This document shows, one piece after another, positions 10,650 through 20,585 of a stretch of DNA of 64,000 bases. Made by a program: the position numbers and the translations under genes. The DNA is from a virus (taxonomy: Duplodnaviria > Caudoviricetes), in the IMG/VR virus record IMGVR_UViG_3300010346_001536, one strand, 5' to 3'. Below the pieces are notes generated by a model. It was not told the origin of the DNA and did not search any database. It saw only the letters and a program-made list of their open reading frames with translations. How positions within the stretch are numbered: the first letter of the stretch is position 1; every line of letters begins with the position of its first letter.

Positions 10650-11252
10650 ATGAGAAAACATTCAATTAAAGAAAATTCATTCGATGCTGCTCCCGGTGGT
10701 GCCGCCGGGGCTATTACTTATCAAACTCCATATGGAACTCCCTTTGGCCCTAATCAGACTCAAAACCCAGACCATTTTGAGAGTGATAATATACATAAGG
10801 AGACGGAAATGTCTAAACTGGGGATTACAGATGAAGATTTAGAAGAACTTTATTCTATTTCGGGCAAAACTCCTCCTACTCCGGATGAAATTATTTCGGG
10901 CCTTCAATATGAATTAAGTCAGCAAACTAAAAAGAATCCGGAAGAAGCCAAACAACAAGTTATTGCTAATCTTCGAAAAAATACTAAATTTTATAGTGAA
11001 TTAAATCATCTTAACGTTAACGATAAAGCAATGGTAGATAATATGGATATAAAAGAACAATCTTATGAATTTAGACATCCTAATGACCCCGCTAAAAGAT
11101 TTTCAGTTAATTTAAATATAGAAGAAACGAAAAAAATTTTTAATGATATGGCCAAAGAAAAGGATAATAAATATGCCACAAATCCTCAAATTAGTGATGT
11201 GATGAAAGAAATGTGGACAGCTAAAAAGTCTCGTAAATTGTGGAAACCTTAA
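10650..11252 (+). CDS. hypothetical protein, probable late/virion protein
   Basis: TATTTATA at 10639-10646; G..YE..Q/NL..N..FYS.L motif seen in jumbo-phage proteins. Confidence 0.65.
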   Translation: MRKHSIKENSFDAAPGGAAGAITYQTPYGTPFGPNQTQNPDHFESDNIHKETEMSKLGITDEDLEELYSISGKTPPTPDEIISGLQYELSQQTKKNPEEAKQQVIANLRKNTKFYSELNHLNVNDKAMVDNMDIKEQSYEFRHPNDPAKRFSVNLNIEETKKIFNDMAKEKDNKYATNPQISDVMKEMWTAKKSRKLWKP

Positions 11253-11262
11253 AATATAATTA

Positions 11263-11874
11263 ATGCCAGCAGCAGCGTCAATACCTCCCACTTTGACAAC
11301 TGTGCCTTCGAATTTTAATGCACAGTCTTCCGGCAATGTTTCTTTTGACCATGAATATTTTTATGTAAAATATAATGGATGGAGACGATTTCCTCTCGTA
11401 CGTACTCAAAATTTATCTTTTGGATTTCCCGACCCTTCCCATGAAGGAAACATTTATACGGATAATCAATATTTTTATTTAGTTGTTAATCACCAATGGA
11501 AAAAATTTCCAATTTTTATTATAAAACCCCGCCGCCCTATTATGGGAAAAGTTCCTATGATAAATATTCAAGAAACAAAATTAACTACTTTTCCTAGTGG
11601 AACTGATAATTATGGTAGATGGGGTATGATTTCTTTTAATAATGAGTATTTTTGTATATGGGGACAAGGAAAATGGCACAAAATTCCTATAACTCGGATG
11701 CCTAAATTTCGTTCTAAAGAAGTGAAAATGAAAATTAATATGGATTCTTCACCTGAAGATACTCCAGTTGTTAATATGGAGAATCCGCCCCAAGGAAATA
11801 TTATATTGAATATTGGACTTATTTCTGAAAATCCACCCCAAGGAAATATTACATTGAATGTTGGACTTATATAA
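11263..11874 (+). CDS. fibre-like protein with three G-x-I-x-x-D/N-x-x-YF...W-x-R/K-x-P repeats
   Basis: GNVSFDHEYFYV..GWRRFP, GNIYTDNQYFYL..QWKKFP, GMISFNNEYFCI..KWHKIP. Confidence 0.65.
   Translation: MPAAASIPPTLTTVPSNFNAQSSGNVSFDHEYFYVKYNGWRRFPLVRTQNLSFGFPDPSHEGNIYTDNQYFYLVVNHQWKKFPIFIIKPRRPIMGKVPMINIQETKLTTFPSGTDNYGRWGMISFNNEYFCIWGQGKWHKIPITRMPKFRSKEVKMKINMDSSPEDTPVVNMENPPQGNIILNIGLISENPPQGNITLNVGLI
11779..11871 (+). repeat. 48-bp tandem duplication encoding ENPPQGNIxLNxGLI twice
   Basis: Near-identical copies start at 11779 and 11827. Confidence 0.9.
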
Positions 11875-11877
11875 TAT

Positions 11878-12300
11878 ATGAATCCTTTATATGAAAAAGC
11901 AAAAGATTTAGTTCTTGTTAGAAGAACTTCAGATAATAAAGAATTTGAAGAGTATCCTTTATTTGTTCAACCCCAATCGGTTTTAATGACTGACCCGGCT
12001 AATAATGTTATTTGTATTAGTGCATGTTCTCTTCATGTTGCTTTTGCTGTATCTGCTTCTTATTCCGCTACTAGTTCATTTGCTTGGTATGCCTTAAGTT
12101 CTTCATATGCAAATAGTGCATCTTATGTAATAAGTTCTTCATATGCTTATAGTGCCTCATATGCTTATACCGCGTCTTATGCGCTTGAAGCCTCTTCTGC
12201 TCTTTTTGCTAATACTGCGTCTTATCTTAGATTATGGGATAATGAATTAAATAGATGGGTATATATAGAATCACATGGAGGCGTATTAAGTGTAATATAA
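11878..12300 (+). CDS. SASYA-repeat probable structural protein
   Basis: Run of 6-aa S-A/S-S-Y/F-A repeats. Confidence 0.7.
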   Translation: MNPLYEKAKDLVLVRRTSDNKEFEEYPLFVQPQSVLMTDPANNVICISACSLHVAFAVSASYSATSSFAWYALSSSYANSASYVISSSYAYSASYAYTASYALEASSALFANTASYLRLWDNELNRWVYIESHGGVLSVI

Positions 12301-12328
12301 TTTATGAAATATAAAAAAAATTTTTTGG

Positions 12329-12357
12329 TTGACTTAATGCATCGGTTTCTTTATTAT
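12329..12357 (+). promoter_or_regulatory. sigma70-like promoter
   Basis: TTGACT-N17-TATTAT, with ATG 6 nt downstream. Confidence 0.7.
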
Positions 12358-12363
12358 GGCATA

Positions 12364-12420
12364 ATGAAAAAAACATTAAAAACATGTATATCATCTAGCC
12401 AAGACTGGTGGTGGATGTAA
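12364..12420 (+). CDS. putative 18-aa Trp-rich leader-like peptide MKKTLKTCISSSQDWWWM
   Basis: Translated by hand; leaderless position after the promoter; TGG TGG TGG. Confidence 0.45.
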   Translation: MKKTLKTCISSSQDWWWM

Positions 12421-12453
12421 TTAATATTAAAATATATAAAGGTTAAAAAATAA

Positions 12454-12933
12454 ATGAGTACATTAAATGGAAATATATTATTACCCGGAGATGCTCTTAT
12501 TTATCGTCCGTCCAATTTAGTCGGTTATATAATTGCTCTTAAAACATGGACATGGGCCAGTCATATTGAAATTTATATTGGAGATTTACAATCTATAGCC
12601 GCCAGGCCATCAGGAGTGAATATTTATCCTATTCGATATGATAAATATACTACTCATGTGTTACGCCCTAAGAAGAAATTAAATGTTAAAAAAGCAATGG
12701 ACTGGTTTCATACAGAAGCTATGAATGATAAATATGATTATATTGGATTATTTGATTTTTTTAGTTATAAAGACGGCAAACTAAGTCCCACTTCCGAAGT
12801 ATGCTCAGTTTTAGCTTCTTTATGGTATAATCAAGCAGGGTTTTATCCATTTTCAAAGGATTATCCGATTAATAAAATTTCTCCTGCACAATTTTTGCAA
12901 TCAAACGCATTCAATATAATTTGGAAAAAGTAG
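12454..12933 (+). CDS. permuted papain-like amidase (YiiX/YebB-like NlpC/P60)
   Basis: PGD.LIY, SH..IY.G, KYD, VCS.L. Confidence 0.75.
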   Translation: MSTLNGNILLPGDALIYRPSNLVGYIIALKTWTWASHIEIYIGDLQSIAARPSGVNIYPIRYDKYTTHVLRPKKKLNVKKAMDWFHTEAMNDKYDYIGLFDFFSYKDGKLSPTSEVCSVLASLWYNQAGFYPFSKDYPINKISPAQFLQSNAFNIIWKK

Positions 12934-12967
12934 AGATGTTATAAAACAAAGGAGTTATAGATTAAAT

Positions 12968-13652
12968 ATGAAAATTAGATTAAAAAACAATGGTGAATGG
13001 ACTCTTTTTGAAGGGAAAGAGCTTCAAAAAAAAACTGTTTGACCAACAGATTAACATTTTTGAACGAGTAAGTATAGCGGACGGAGTTAAACTTAATGGT
13101 CTTGTTACCATTGGAAGCGGGTGTATTATCGAACGTGAAACTGAAATTGGTGAAAGAACTGTCATTGAGGCAGATTCTATTATTCGAGAAGGTTGTATTA
13201 TTCGAAGCAATTCACATATTTGGCATAATGTTAATATTGGAAATAATTGTCAAATTGGACAAGGTGCATCGATTTGTGCTAGCTCTATTCTTCGCAATAA
13301 CGTTATAATTGGCAATTATTGTACTGTTGGGGCAAATGCATATATATCTGAATATTCTCAGGTAAAAGATGCTATATCTGTTCCAGCTTCTGCTCATATA
13401 ATTGGAGCAGCTTATTTGCAACGCCCCCGCGATTGTATGGTTATATCCCCTTCGTTTTTAGATGGAGGACAATCCGTCTTTACGCTTACATTATATCGAG
13501 ATTTTGATAATGATATACAAATAGTTTCTGCGGTTACTCCTGGTAAAATTTGGTCATTTAAAACGAAAGGATATGAACCATTTGAAAAATATCCTTATTT
13601 ATTATCTTTTATTAAGAGTGCCATAGAACAGATGGAAATAAATTTTTTCTAA
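12968..13652 (+). CDS. left-handed beta-helix (hexapeptide repeat) protein, apparently frameshifted at an A9 run
   Basis: [IV]G-type hexapeptide repeats in 12990..13652; frame from ATG 12968 stops at 13042 but joins if A9 (13026-13034) is read as A8. Confidence 0.65.
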
Positions 13653-13693
13653 ATTTTAATATATAAAACATTGAATTTGTAAATAAGTTATAT

Positions 13694-15820
13694 ATGGATA
13701 GAGTTCCTCGTACTTTTTGTATTACCCTTCGGGAAACACCGAAGCGTCAAGAAGCAGCCCAGAAATATTTTAAAGAAATCAACTGGCCAGTTGAATTTTT
13801 TAAAGGTATTCATGGAAAATCTTTTGGATTAAAATCAACAATTCCTAATTATAATAAACTTCCTGGGCGAGAATATTTTATAACTCAAGGGGCTATAGGG
13901 TGTTTATTATCTCATTTAATGTTATGGAATGTTTTAATTTATCAACCAGAAGATGAATTTTTAATTTTAGAAGATGATATAAAATTAGCCGATGATTTTT
14001 CAGATAGATATAAAAAATTTCGAAAAGAATTGCCCGATGATTGGCAAATAGTATATCTTGGTCATCTTATTCCGGGAGGTTTAAAAGAAAAAGGGATTAT
14101 TCATATTTCAGAAAATGTTATGGTTTGTAAGCCAATGTGTACTCATGCTTATATGGTTAAAAAATCCGCCCTTAAAACTTTAATTGAAACGAATCAATTA
14201 GCATGGAGTCCTCTTGATATTCAAATTATAGAGCGTTCATTGCCAAAATTAAAACACTATGCTGTAAAAGACCCTCTTATTACTCAGCGGTCTGTACTTA
14301 ATATTAAAGATGTGACGTGGTATTCATTATGTTATGATTGGGATTTAAATCCTGAATGGGTAACAGATAAAAGTAGCAATATAAGGTTGGGGACGGGTTG
14401 GCATCCATTAGAAAAGAATGATGAAGGATATATGATTTGGACCGATGGTCGGGGGGAATTTTTATTTGATGATAAATGGCAAAAAATGAATATTGAATTT
14501 ATTGCCGAAGGAGAAATAGAGAAAAAAATTAGAATAGTTTGTCCTCAGCAACCAGACCAGATAATTGACTTGTCAAATTATGGAAAAAATAGTATAAATG
14601 TTTCTATTCAAGGAGCCAAATCAGTTATTCTTGTTTCAGATACATTTCGACCCGTTGATATTTTTAAAACAAGTGATAGTAGAAGATTGGGAATTCGATT
14701 ATTAAAAGGAATTACTCTTACTGATTCCGAAGGAAAATCTACTTTTGTAAGTTTATATTCAATGTATGGGGCTAAAAAAGTAGATGAAATGTCTAATATT
14801 AAGGGAATTAAAATGGCTAAGATTCGTTATAGCCATGAGGATGGAAAAATTAATCTCCGAGGACAGTATTCTTATAATCATCATCGTTCAGGATGGGGAT
14901 TTGTTTTGGATTTGTTAGCCGATTATCACCGAGACGATGCACCCGTTATGGATTCTTGGATTGAAAGGACTTTTGCTTGGGACAAGATTAAAAATTCTCA
15001 GTTGCGACTCATACCCTATCGAGAACCGTGGGCTGGTATTTTTCACCACCCTCCTAACATGCCAACGTGGTTTAGTGATTTAGCTACACCTTATGCTATT
15101 ATCAATAGCCAAGAATTCCAAGATAGCTTACCAATGTGTAAAGGTCTCTATACGCTTTCAAAATATCATGCCGATTTTGTAAAATGTTTTATTAAAAATA
15201 TTCCGGTAGAAGTATTATATCATCCCACAGAAATTCCTCAAGTTAAATTTAGCTTTGAAAATTTTATTGCCAATAATAACAAAAAAGTTATTAATATTGG
15301 TTATTGGCTTCGAAAACTAACTTCCATTTATCAATTAGATATTGACCAAGGCATATATCAAAAAATACGTTTACTACCCGCCAGCTCTTGGGTACCATCA
15401 AGTACAATTGAAAGAATTTTAAATATTGAAGTCGAATTTTGTAAAAAAACATTCACTGATAATATGAAACGGTCAGTTATTGATGTGCGACATATGTCAA
15501 ATGAAGATTATGATGGACTGCTTTCTAAAAATATAGTTTTTATAGATTTATATGATGCCAGTGCAAATAATTGTATTATTGAATGTATGGTGCGCGGAAC
15601 TCCCATTCTTGTTAATCCATTACCTGCGGTAGTTGAATATCTTGGCGTTAATTATCCGTTTTATTTTTCTAATTTAGAAGAAGCGGCGAATAAACTTAGA
15701 AATTTTGAACTTATTAAAGATACAAATGAATATTTAAAGCAACCAGAAATTTTTGAGAAAGTAACGTCCGAATATTTTCTTAAAATTATACGAGAAAGTA
15801 AAATTTGGAAATCTTTATGA
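13694..15820 (+). CDS. multidomain glycosyltransferase: GT25 + 'SDxRxLG' beta-sandwich + GT-B-like domain
   Basis: GAIGCLLSH, LILEDD, DW..VYLG, CTHAY; middle SDSRRLG; C-terminal DASANNCIIEC..RGTP. Confidence 0.85.
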   Translation: MDRVPRTFCITLRETPKRQEAAQKYFKEINWPVEFFKGIHGKSFGLKSTIPNYNKLPGREYFITQGAIGCLLSHLMLWNVLIYQPEDEFLILEDDIKLADDFSDRYKKFRKELPDDWQIVYLGHLIPGGLKEKGIIHISENVMVCKPMCTHAYMVKKSALKTLIETNQLAWSPLDIQIIERSLPKLKHYAVKDPLITQRSVLNIKDVTWYSLCYDWDLNPEWVTDKSSNIRLGTGWHPLEKNDEGYMIWTDGRGEFLFDDKWQKMNIEFIAEGEIEKKIRIVCPQQPDQIIDLSNYGKNSINVSIQGAKSVILVSDTFRPVDIFKTSDSRRLGIRLLKGITLTDSEGKSTFVSLYSMYGAKKVDEMSNIKGIKMAKIRYSHEDGKINLRGQYSYNHHRSGWGFVLDLLADYHRDDAPVMDSWIERTFAWDKIKNSQLRLIPYREPWAGIFHHPPNMPTWFSDLATPYAIINSQEFQDSLPMCKGLYTLSKYHADFVKCFIKNIPVEVLYHPTEIPQVKFSFENFIANNNKKVINIGYWLRKLTSIYQLDIDQGIYQKIRLLPASSWVPSSTIERILNIEVEFCKKTFTDNMKRSVIDVRHMSNEDYDGLLSKNIVFIDLYDASANNCIIECMVRGTPILVNPLPAVVEYLGVNYPFYFSNLEEAANKLRNFELIKDTNEYLKQPEIFEKVTSEYFLKIIRESKIWKSL

Positions 15821-16602
15821 TACCCAAAACAATACATTTTATATTTGGTTTAAATGAAGATTTTGGTGGCCGGCCGTTTGCCATGTACCATTATATGGCA
15901 GTTCTTTCAGCTAAAATAGTTAATGAAGGATATGATATAATAATGCATTATTATTATGAGCCTGTTAACAATGAATGGTGGGAACGCACTAAGCAAATAG
16001 CTAAAATGGTTAAGCTTGTTGAAACTCCTACAATTATTTGTGGGATGGATGTAAAACGACATGCTCACCGAGCGGATTGGGTTAGGTTAGAAATTCTTAA
16101 ATCTGAGGGCGGCATTTATCTGGATATAGATACAATATGTATAAATCCCTTTGACTCACTTCTTAATGTTAAAGAGGGATTAGTTATGGGATTAGAAATG
16201 TGGCAAGGTAAAATTAATGGGTTATGTAATGCTGTAATAATGGCGGAAAGGGGGCATCGTTTTATTATTGTTTGGCAAGCTGAATTTTATGATTTTGAAC
16301 CCAGAGATTACAATAAGTTTGCTGTACGAATACCTTGGAGAATTGCTATTCAGCATCCTGGATGGATTCATATGGAACCTCCCGAATCATTCTTTCGTTT
16401 AAATTGGAACGAGGAAGATTTAAAGTTGATGTTTGAAAAAACTATATCTTTTGAAAGGTCATATTGTAGCCATTTATTACATAATGATTCTCAATATTGG
16501 TTATCAAAATTAACTTTAGATGATATATGGTCTAAAGATACTTCATATAATCTTATTGCTCGAGAAATATTGACTAAAGCTCAAAATCAATCAATATATT
16601 AA
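15817..16602 (+). CDS. GT32 (DXD sugar-binding) glycosyltransferase
   Basis: IPKTIHF, ADWVRL..L..EGGIYLDID, NAVI. Confidence 0.9.
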   Translation: MIPKTIHFIFGLNEDFGGRPFAMYHYMAVLSAKIVNEGYDIIMHYYYEPVNNEWWERTKQIAKMVKLVETPTIICGMDVKRHAHRADWVRLEILKSEGGIYLDIDTICINPFDSLLNVKEGLVMGLEMWQGKINGLCNAVIMAERGHRFIIVWQAEFYDFEPRDYNKFAVRIPWRIAIQHPGWIHMEPPESFFRLNWNEEDLKLMFEKTISFERSYCSHLLHNDSQYWLSKLTLDDIWSKDTSYNLIAREILTKAQNQSIY

Positions 16603-16678
16603 TTATATTATAAAATAAGTGTTTTATAGTGCTTAAAATATTGTCTTTTAAAGTCTTTAAGACAATATTTATATTCAT

Positions 16679-17698
16679 ATGAGCGACTATAAAAAATATT
16701 TCATTCGACAATTGGGACTAAAAAAATCTCAATCTTCCCCTGTAATCTTAGAAAATTTATTTCCGGGCATAGACCCCGACGAATACAAAGATAAAAACAG
16801 TGAACAAGAGAAAAAGATGTCTCCAACTGTAATTTCACCCCCGGTTCTTGCAGTAGGAGTGCGCGGTAGTAGTACTGGTGGATTGCCTTCCGGAAAAGAC
16901 CAAATGGGCGATATTAGTCCTACAAAAGTTGGCGGATATAATAGGGCTGAACCTCAGAATTTAAATCAAATTACATTTGATAAAACACCTTTAAACCCGG
17001 AAATAGAAAAAGATTCAACTCCTGTAAATCCTATGCCTAAAATAGAACAAGGAGTAACCCATCCGCATCAAATTCAATTAACGGCTCATGAAAAACCCCA
17101 ATTGGCAACGGGAGCTTCGACGGATAGTGACGATACACTTACATTAAAATCCAATAAACCCAAGGGTATTGATGTTGATGTTGATGAGACTAAAGTTTCT
17201 TCAGAAGAAGAAAGAGTTGCTAATAAAAGAATCTCTATGCTTCCTGCGACTTCTTTATCAGAATCATTTAAACTTTATAAAGATTTAATGAAAAAGTCTA
17301 TGGGAAAACGCAAACAGACGGATGAATGTAATACTTGTGGTTGTAAAAACCCAAATGATATGCATGGATTCCATAAACAATCCGCGAAAGAAAATTCAAC
17401 TGAAGAAAAAGATGTTTTGGCTGATGAAGAAGAGTCTTTATTAAAGGAAGGAAAACATAAAGAAAATTGTCAATGTGGATTTTGTAAGAATAAAGGAAAA
17501 TTTGGAAAAAATAAATTAAAAGATAAAAATATAAAAAATAAAACAGAGAATAAAGAAGAAAAAAATCAAGTAGAAAAATCGAAATCTCTTGATGAAAAAT
17601 ATTCATCGCCATTTCAACGTATGCGTAGTCTTGCTGGTATAGGTGATAAAATTCTTATGTCTAATGGATTATTTAAAGACAAAGAAAATCTGAGCTAA
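16679..17698 (+). CDS. hypothetical protein, probable late/virion protein
   Basis: TATTTATA at 16666-16673; RM..LAGI motif; H..C.CGFC. Confidence 0.65.
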   Translation: MSDYKKYFIRQLGLKKSQSSPVILENLFPGIDPDEYKDKNSEQEKKMSPTVISPPVLAVGVRGSSTGGLPSGKDQMGDISPTKVGGYNRAEPQNLNQITFDKTPLNPEIEKDSTPVNPMPKIEQGVTHPHQIQLTAHEKPQLATGASTDSDDTLTLKSNKPKGIDVDVDETKVSSEEERVANKRISMLPATSLSESFKLYKDLMKKSMGKRKQTDECNTCGCKNPNDMHGFHKQSAKENSTEEKDVLADEEESLLKEGKHKENCQCGFCKNKGKFGKNKLKDKNIKNKTENKEEKNQVEKSKSLDEKYSSPFQRMRSLAGIGDKILMSNGLFKDKENLS

Positions 17699-17748
17699 GA
17701 TAAAATTTCCGACCGACCGGGATGAAATAAGATAATAATATAAAATAT

Positions 17749-18285
17749 ATGAATTTCTTTCAAGAAAGACGAAATTCTAAAGAAAAAGATAAATCTGTAA
17801 ATTCTATAGATATAGAAGGTCGGCCCGACCTTATGTCACCCGAATTTAAAAAGAGATTAGCTTCTTTAACTCGTTATCTTGCAAAACATCTTCAACTTAA
17901 AAAATTACCATCTTCTCTTAAATTAGTAAATAGTAAACAAAATGCGGATAATCCATATGGTCTTACGGGTCATTATGACCATACGACAAAAAAAATTACT
18001 GTTTATATTACTGACCGCCATGAAACTGATATTTTACGAACATTCTCCCATGAAATGATACATCATTGGCAAAATGAGCGGGGAGTACTTCATCCCGAGG
18101 ATGATGGGTTTAATATACAAGGTAATAATGATGCCATTCCTCATTATGCTCAAAATAATCCGTGGCTTCGAAAAAGAGAAATGGAAGCGTATCTTTTTGG
18201 ATGTATTCTTTTTAGAGATTGGCAAGACGAACAAAGAATGGGACCTCCTTCTCAACATCCATTTTTACCTCGACCCTATGATTAA
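17749..18285 (+). CDS. HExxH zinc-metallopeptidase-like protein
   Basis: DILRTFSHEMIHHWQ with a downstream E.EAY. Confidence 0.7.
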   Translation: MNFFQERRNSKEKDKSVNSIDIEGRPDLMSPEFKKRLASLTRYLAKHLQLKKLPSSLKLVNSKQNADNPYGLTGHYDHTTKKITVYITDRHETDILRTFSHEMIHHWQNERGVLHPEDDGFNIQGNNDAIPHYAQNNPWLRKREMEAYLFGCILFRDWQDEQRMGPPSQHPFLPRPYD

Positions 18286-18294
18286 AATAGTAAT

Positions 18295-18726
18295 ATGATT
18301 GAAGAGTTTCCAAGTATTCCAAATTTTGAGGAGTTGCTTAAAAAAAGAATAGCACAAAAAACGGATTCAAATACATCTTTGCCTCCGCCGGGGACGGTGG
18401 ACCCCTATAAGATTATGCTTCAACGAAAAAAAGAGGCAAGCGGCGAAGTATCTATGCCGGACCCTTCTACTATACAAAAATGGCCCGAAGAAGATGTAAA
18501 AGAGCTAGAAGATTTTTGTAAACGAAATGGAATAGTTGGAGTTTCTACTCGTATAAATCCAAAAATAGCTCTTATGCAATTAAAACGGCAAATAGGCGAT
18601 TACAGTGGAGTTGCATTAGAAGACCGTGTACCAGAAGGTTATCAAAAAATTAATGCTCAAAACAAATATAATGTAAATTATCCTTATTTTCAAGAAAAAT
18701 CTAAAAAACAAATATTGCACGGATAG
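18295..18726 (+). CDS. hypothetical protein
   Basis: ORF in operon. Confidence 0.7.
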   Translation: MIEEFPSIPNFEELLKKRIAQKTDSNTSLPPPGTVDPYKIMLQRKKEASGEVSMPDPSTIQKWPEEDVKELEDFCKRNGIVGVSTRINPKIALMQLKRQIGDYSGVALEDRVPEGYQKINAQNKYNVNYPYFQEKSKKQILHG

Positions 18727-18819
18727 ATTTTATATTTTAATAATTAATATTTAAAATAAAATTAATTATAATGTGGAAAAAGTAAGCTCTATGTAAATAA
18801 ATAGATATTTATAAATAAT

Positions 18820-19431
18820 ATGACTATAATAGAACAAAAGCCACAATTTGGTGTCAATTATGACATTGGATTTGATGGATTTACATCACGACAGAAGGAC
18901 TTTTTAGCAGCTGGTATTAATTGGTTTGCTCATTGGGATGTAATACCCGGAGTTCCTCCTGTAAGTCATACTTTTAAAATAGTAGGTGAAGATACAACGA
19001 TAGAAGCTTTTGGTGATGGTGTTCGTTATGGGAAATTAAGTAATTATTTGAATGACCCAACATGTGCTTTAATTGTTAGAAAGCCGGCAGGATGGACGCC
19101 TGAACTTGGTCTTCGAATGGCAAAGGAGGCAGAGAAACATTTAGGAGAAAAATATAATTGGTTTCTTATAGCCGCATTAGCCATAAGTAATAGTTATTTG
19201 GGTAAATGGATTGATAAAAAATTAAAAGGTAAATTTTCTAATTGGCTCACTGATTGGGCCGATAATGCTAAATCAAATATTTGCTCTTCATTAATAGCAA
19301 GAGTAAATGGTGCAATGCCCGAATATGAAGGAAAATCAGTATTGGCAAATCCTCCTTATAAAATAATGCCTATTATGTTATGTGGAGACCCAATACTTTA
19401 TGAATATGGTGCAATTGAATTAATACCATAA
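18820..19431 (+). CDS. permuted papain-like (YiiX-like) protein
   Basis: VSH, IEA..GVR, GEKYN, ICSSL; TATTTATA at 18806-18813. Confidence 0.6.
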   Translation: MTIIEQKPQFGVNYDIGFDGFTSRQKDFLAAGINWFAHWDVIPGVPPVSHTFKIVGEDTTIEAFGDGVRYGKLSNYLNDPTCALIVRKPAGWTPELGLRMAKEAEKHLGEKYNWFLIAALAISNSYLGKWIDKKLKGKFSNWLTDWADNAKSNICSSLIARVNGAMPEYEGKSVLANPPYKIMPIMLCGDPILYEYGAIELIP

Positions 19432-19442
19432 GAAATAATAAT

Positions 19443-20528
19443 ATGAAAATTAAAAAATCTCTACTTAAAGAATCTGTTAAAAATATTGTGCGACAATGTT
19501 TGTTTGAACGTTCATTAAAAGAACATTATAAACAAATTCGTGAAGAAGCTAAAAAAAATAATTTGCGAGAATATTTAGATAATCTTATTCGTCATGTACT
19601 TCAAAATGCACCTGCTATTGCAAATGACCCTCTTAAAGTAGCTAAAGTTGTTGCTGAAATGTTTGAAAAACAATCTAAGAAAAAGATTGACCCAGAGAAA
19701 CTGCTTCCTTTTGTTAAATATAACATGGGAGATTCAGGAGAAACGTCTAAAAATGCAATAAACGAAGCCAAAAAGAGAAAAAAGGATAAAAAAAAGAATG
19801 AAGAAGAATATAATTATGATGAAAATGAAGAAATTGAGCTTATTAATTTAATGGCCCATATTTCTAAAAAACTTCAAGATATGCATGGCAAAAAATATAA
19901 GCAAGGGTCACCCAAAGGATTTGAAGTTGTAATGGCCGGGGGAACAGAATTTCCGGGAGGATTTCCTTTTGGGAGAGGGGAGGAATTTTTATCACCGTTT
20001 ATAAATGAAGCCAATAAAAGAAGAGGAGCCCAGTATAAAAAACAATCTCCGCGACAAGCACGAATTCAAAAAGATGACCATGCGAGAGAGGTACAAGTGG
20101 ACCCGGAATTAACAGAGATTAATGATAAAGAAAATAAAGAAGAAATAGTTTATTATGTTCCAAAAAAGGGATTTGGTGTTAATGAAAAAGTAAATGGTCG
20201 AGCGTTTAAAACTCCTCCGAGTTATACGGGATATCAAGAAGTGCCAATATCTGAATTGCCCATAGGAACAGAAATTTTTAATTCGCCTTCTGATGTAGGA
20301 ATCGGTCAGCATCCGTCAGCTGATAGAAATTATCCCTATGGAAAGGTTATTTTTAAAAGAGTTACTAAACATGGAATAGAGACAATTCGGCCTGGTCAAA
20401 AGAAAGAGACGGGGAATATGAAAGAAAATCATCGTGTTCAAACCCGGTCTTATGTTACGGTTAATGATAATCCAAATGACCCCAATGTAATGCGAGACCC
20501 CGAAAATCCATATTCGAATGGGGCATAG
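19443..20528 (+). CDS. hypothetical protein, probable virion protein
   Basis: MKIKKS.LKE..K.IV start and INEA repeats typical of jumbo-phage head-associated proteins. Confidence 0.6.
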   Translation: MKIKKSLLKESVKNIVRQCLFERSLKEHYKQIREEAKKNNLREYLDNLIRHVLQNAPAIANDPLKVAKVVAEMFEKQSKKKIDPEKLLPFVKYNMGDSGETSKNAINEAKKRKKDKKKNEEEYNYDENEEIELINLMAHISKKLQDMHGKKYKQGSPKGFEVVMAGGTEFPGGFPFGRGEEFLSPFINEANKRRGAQYKKQSPRQARIQKDDHAREVQVDPELTEINDKENKEEIVYYVPKKGFGVNEKVNGRAFKTPPSYTGYQEVPISELPIGTEIFNSPSDVGIGQHPSADRNYPYGKVIFKRVTKHGIETIRPGQKKETGNMKENHRVQTRSYVTVNDNPNDPNVMRDPENPYSNGA

Positions 20529-20585
20529 GATTTAAAATAAATTGCTAAAAATATTAATTTATGCCATATTGGTTGGCATAATCAA

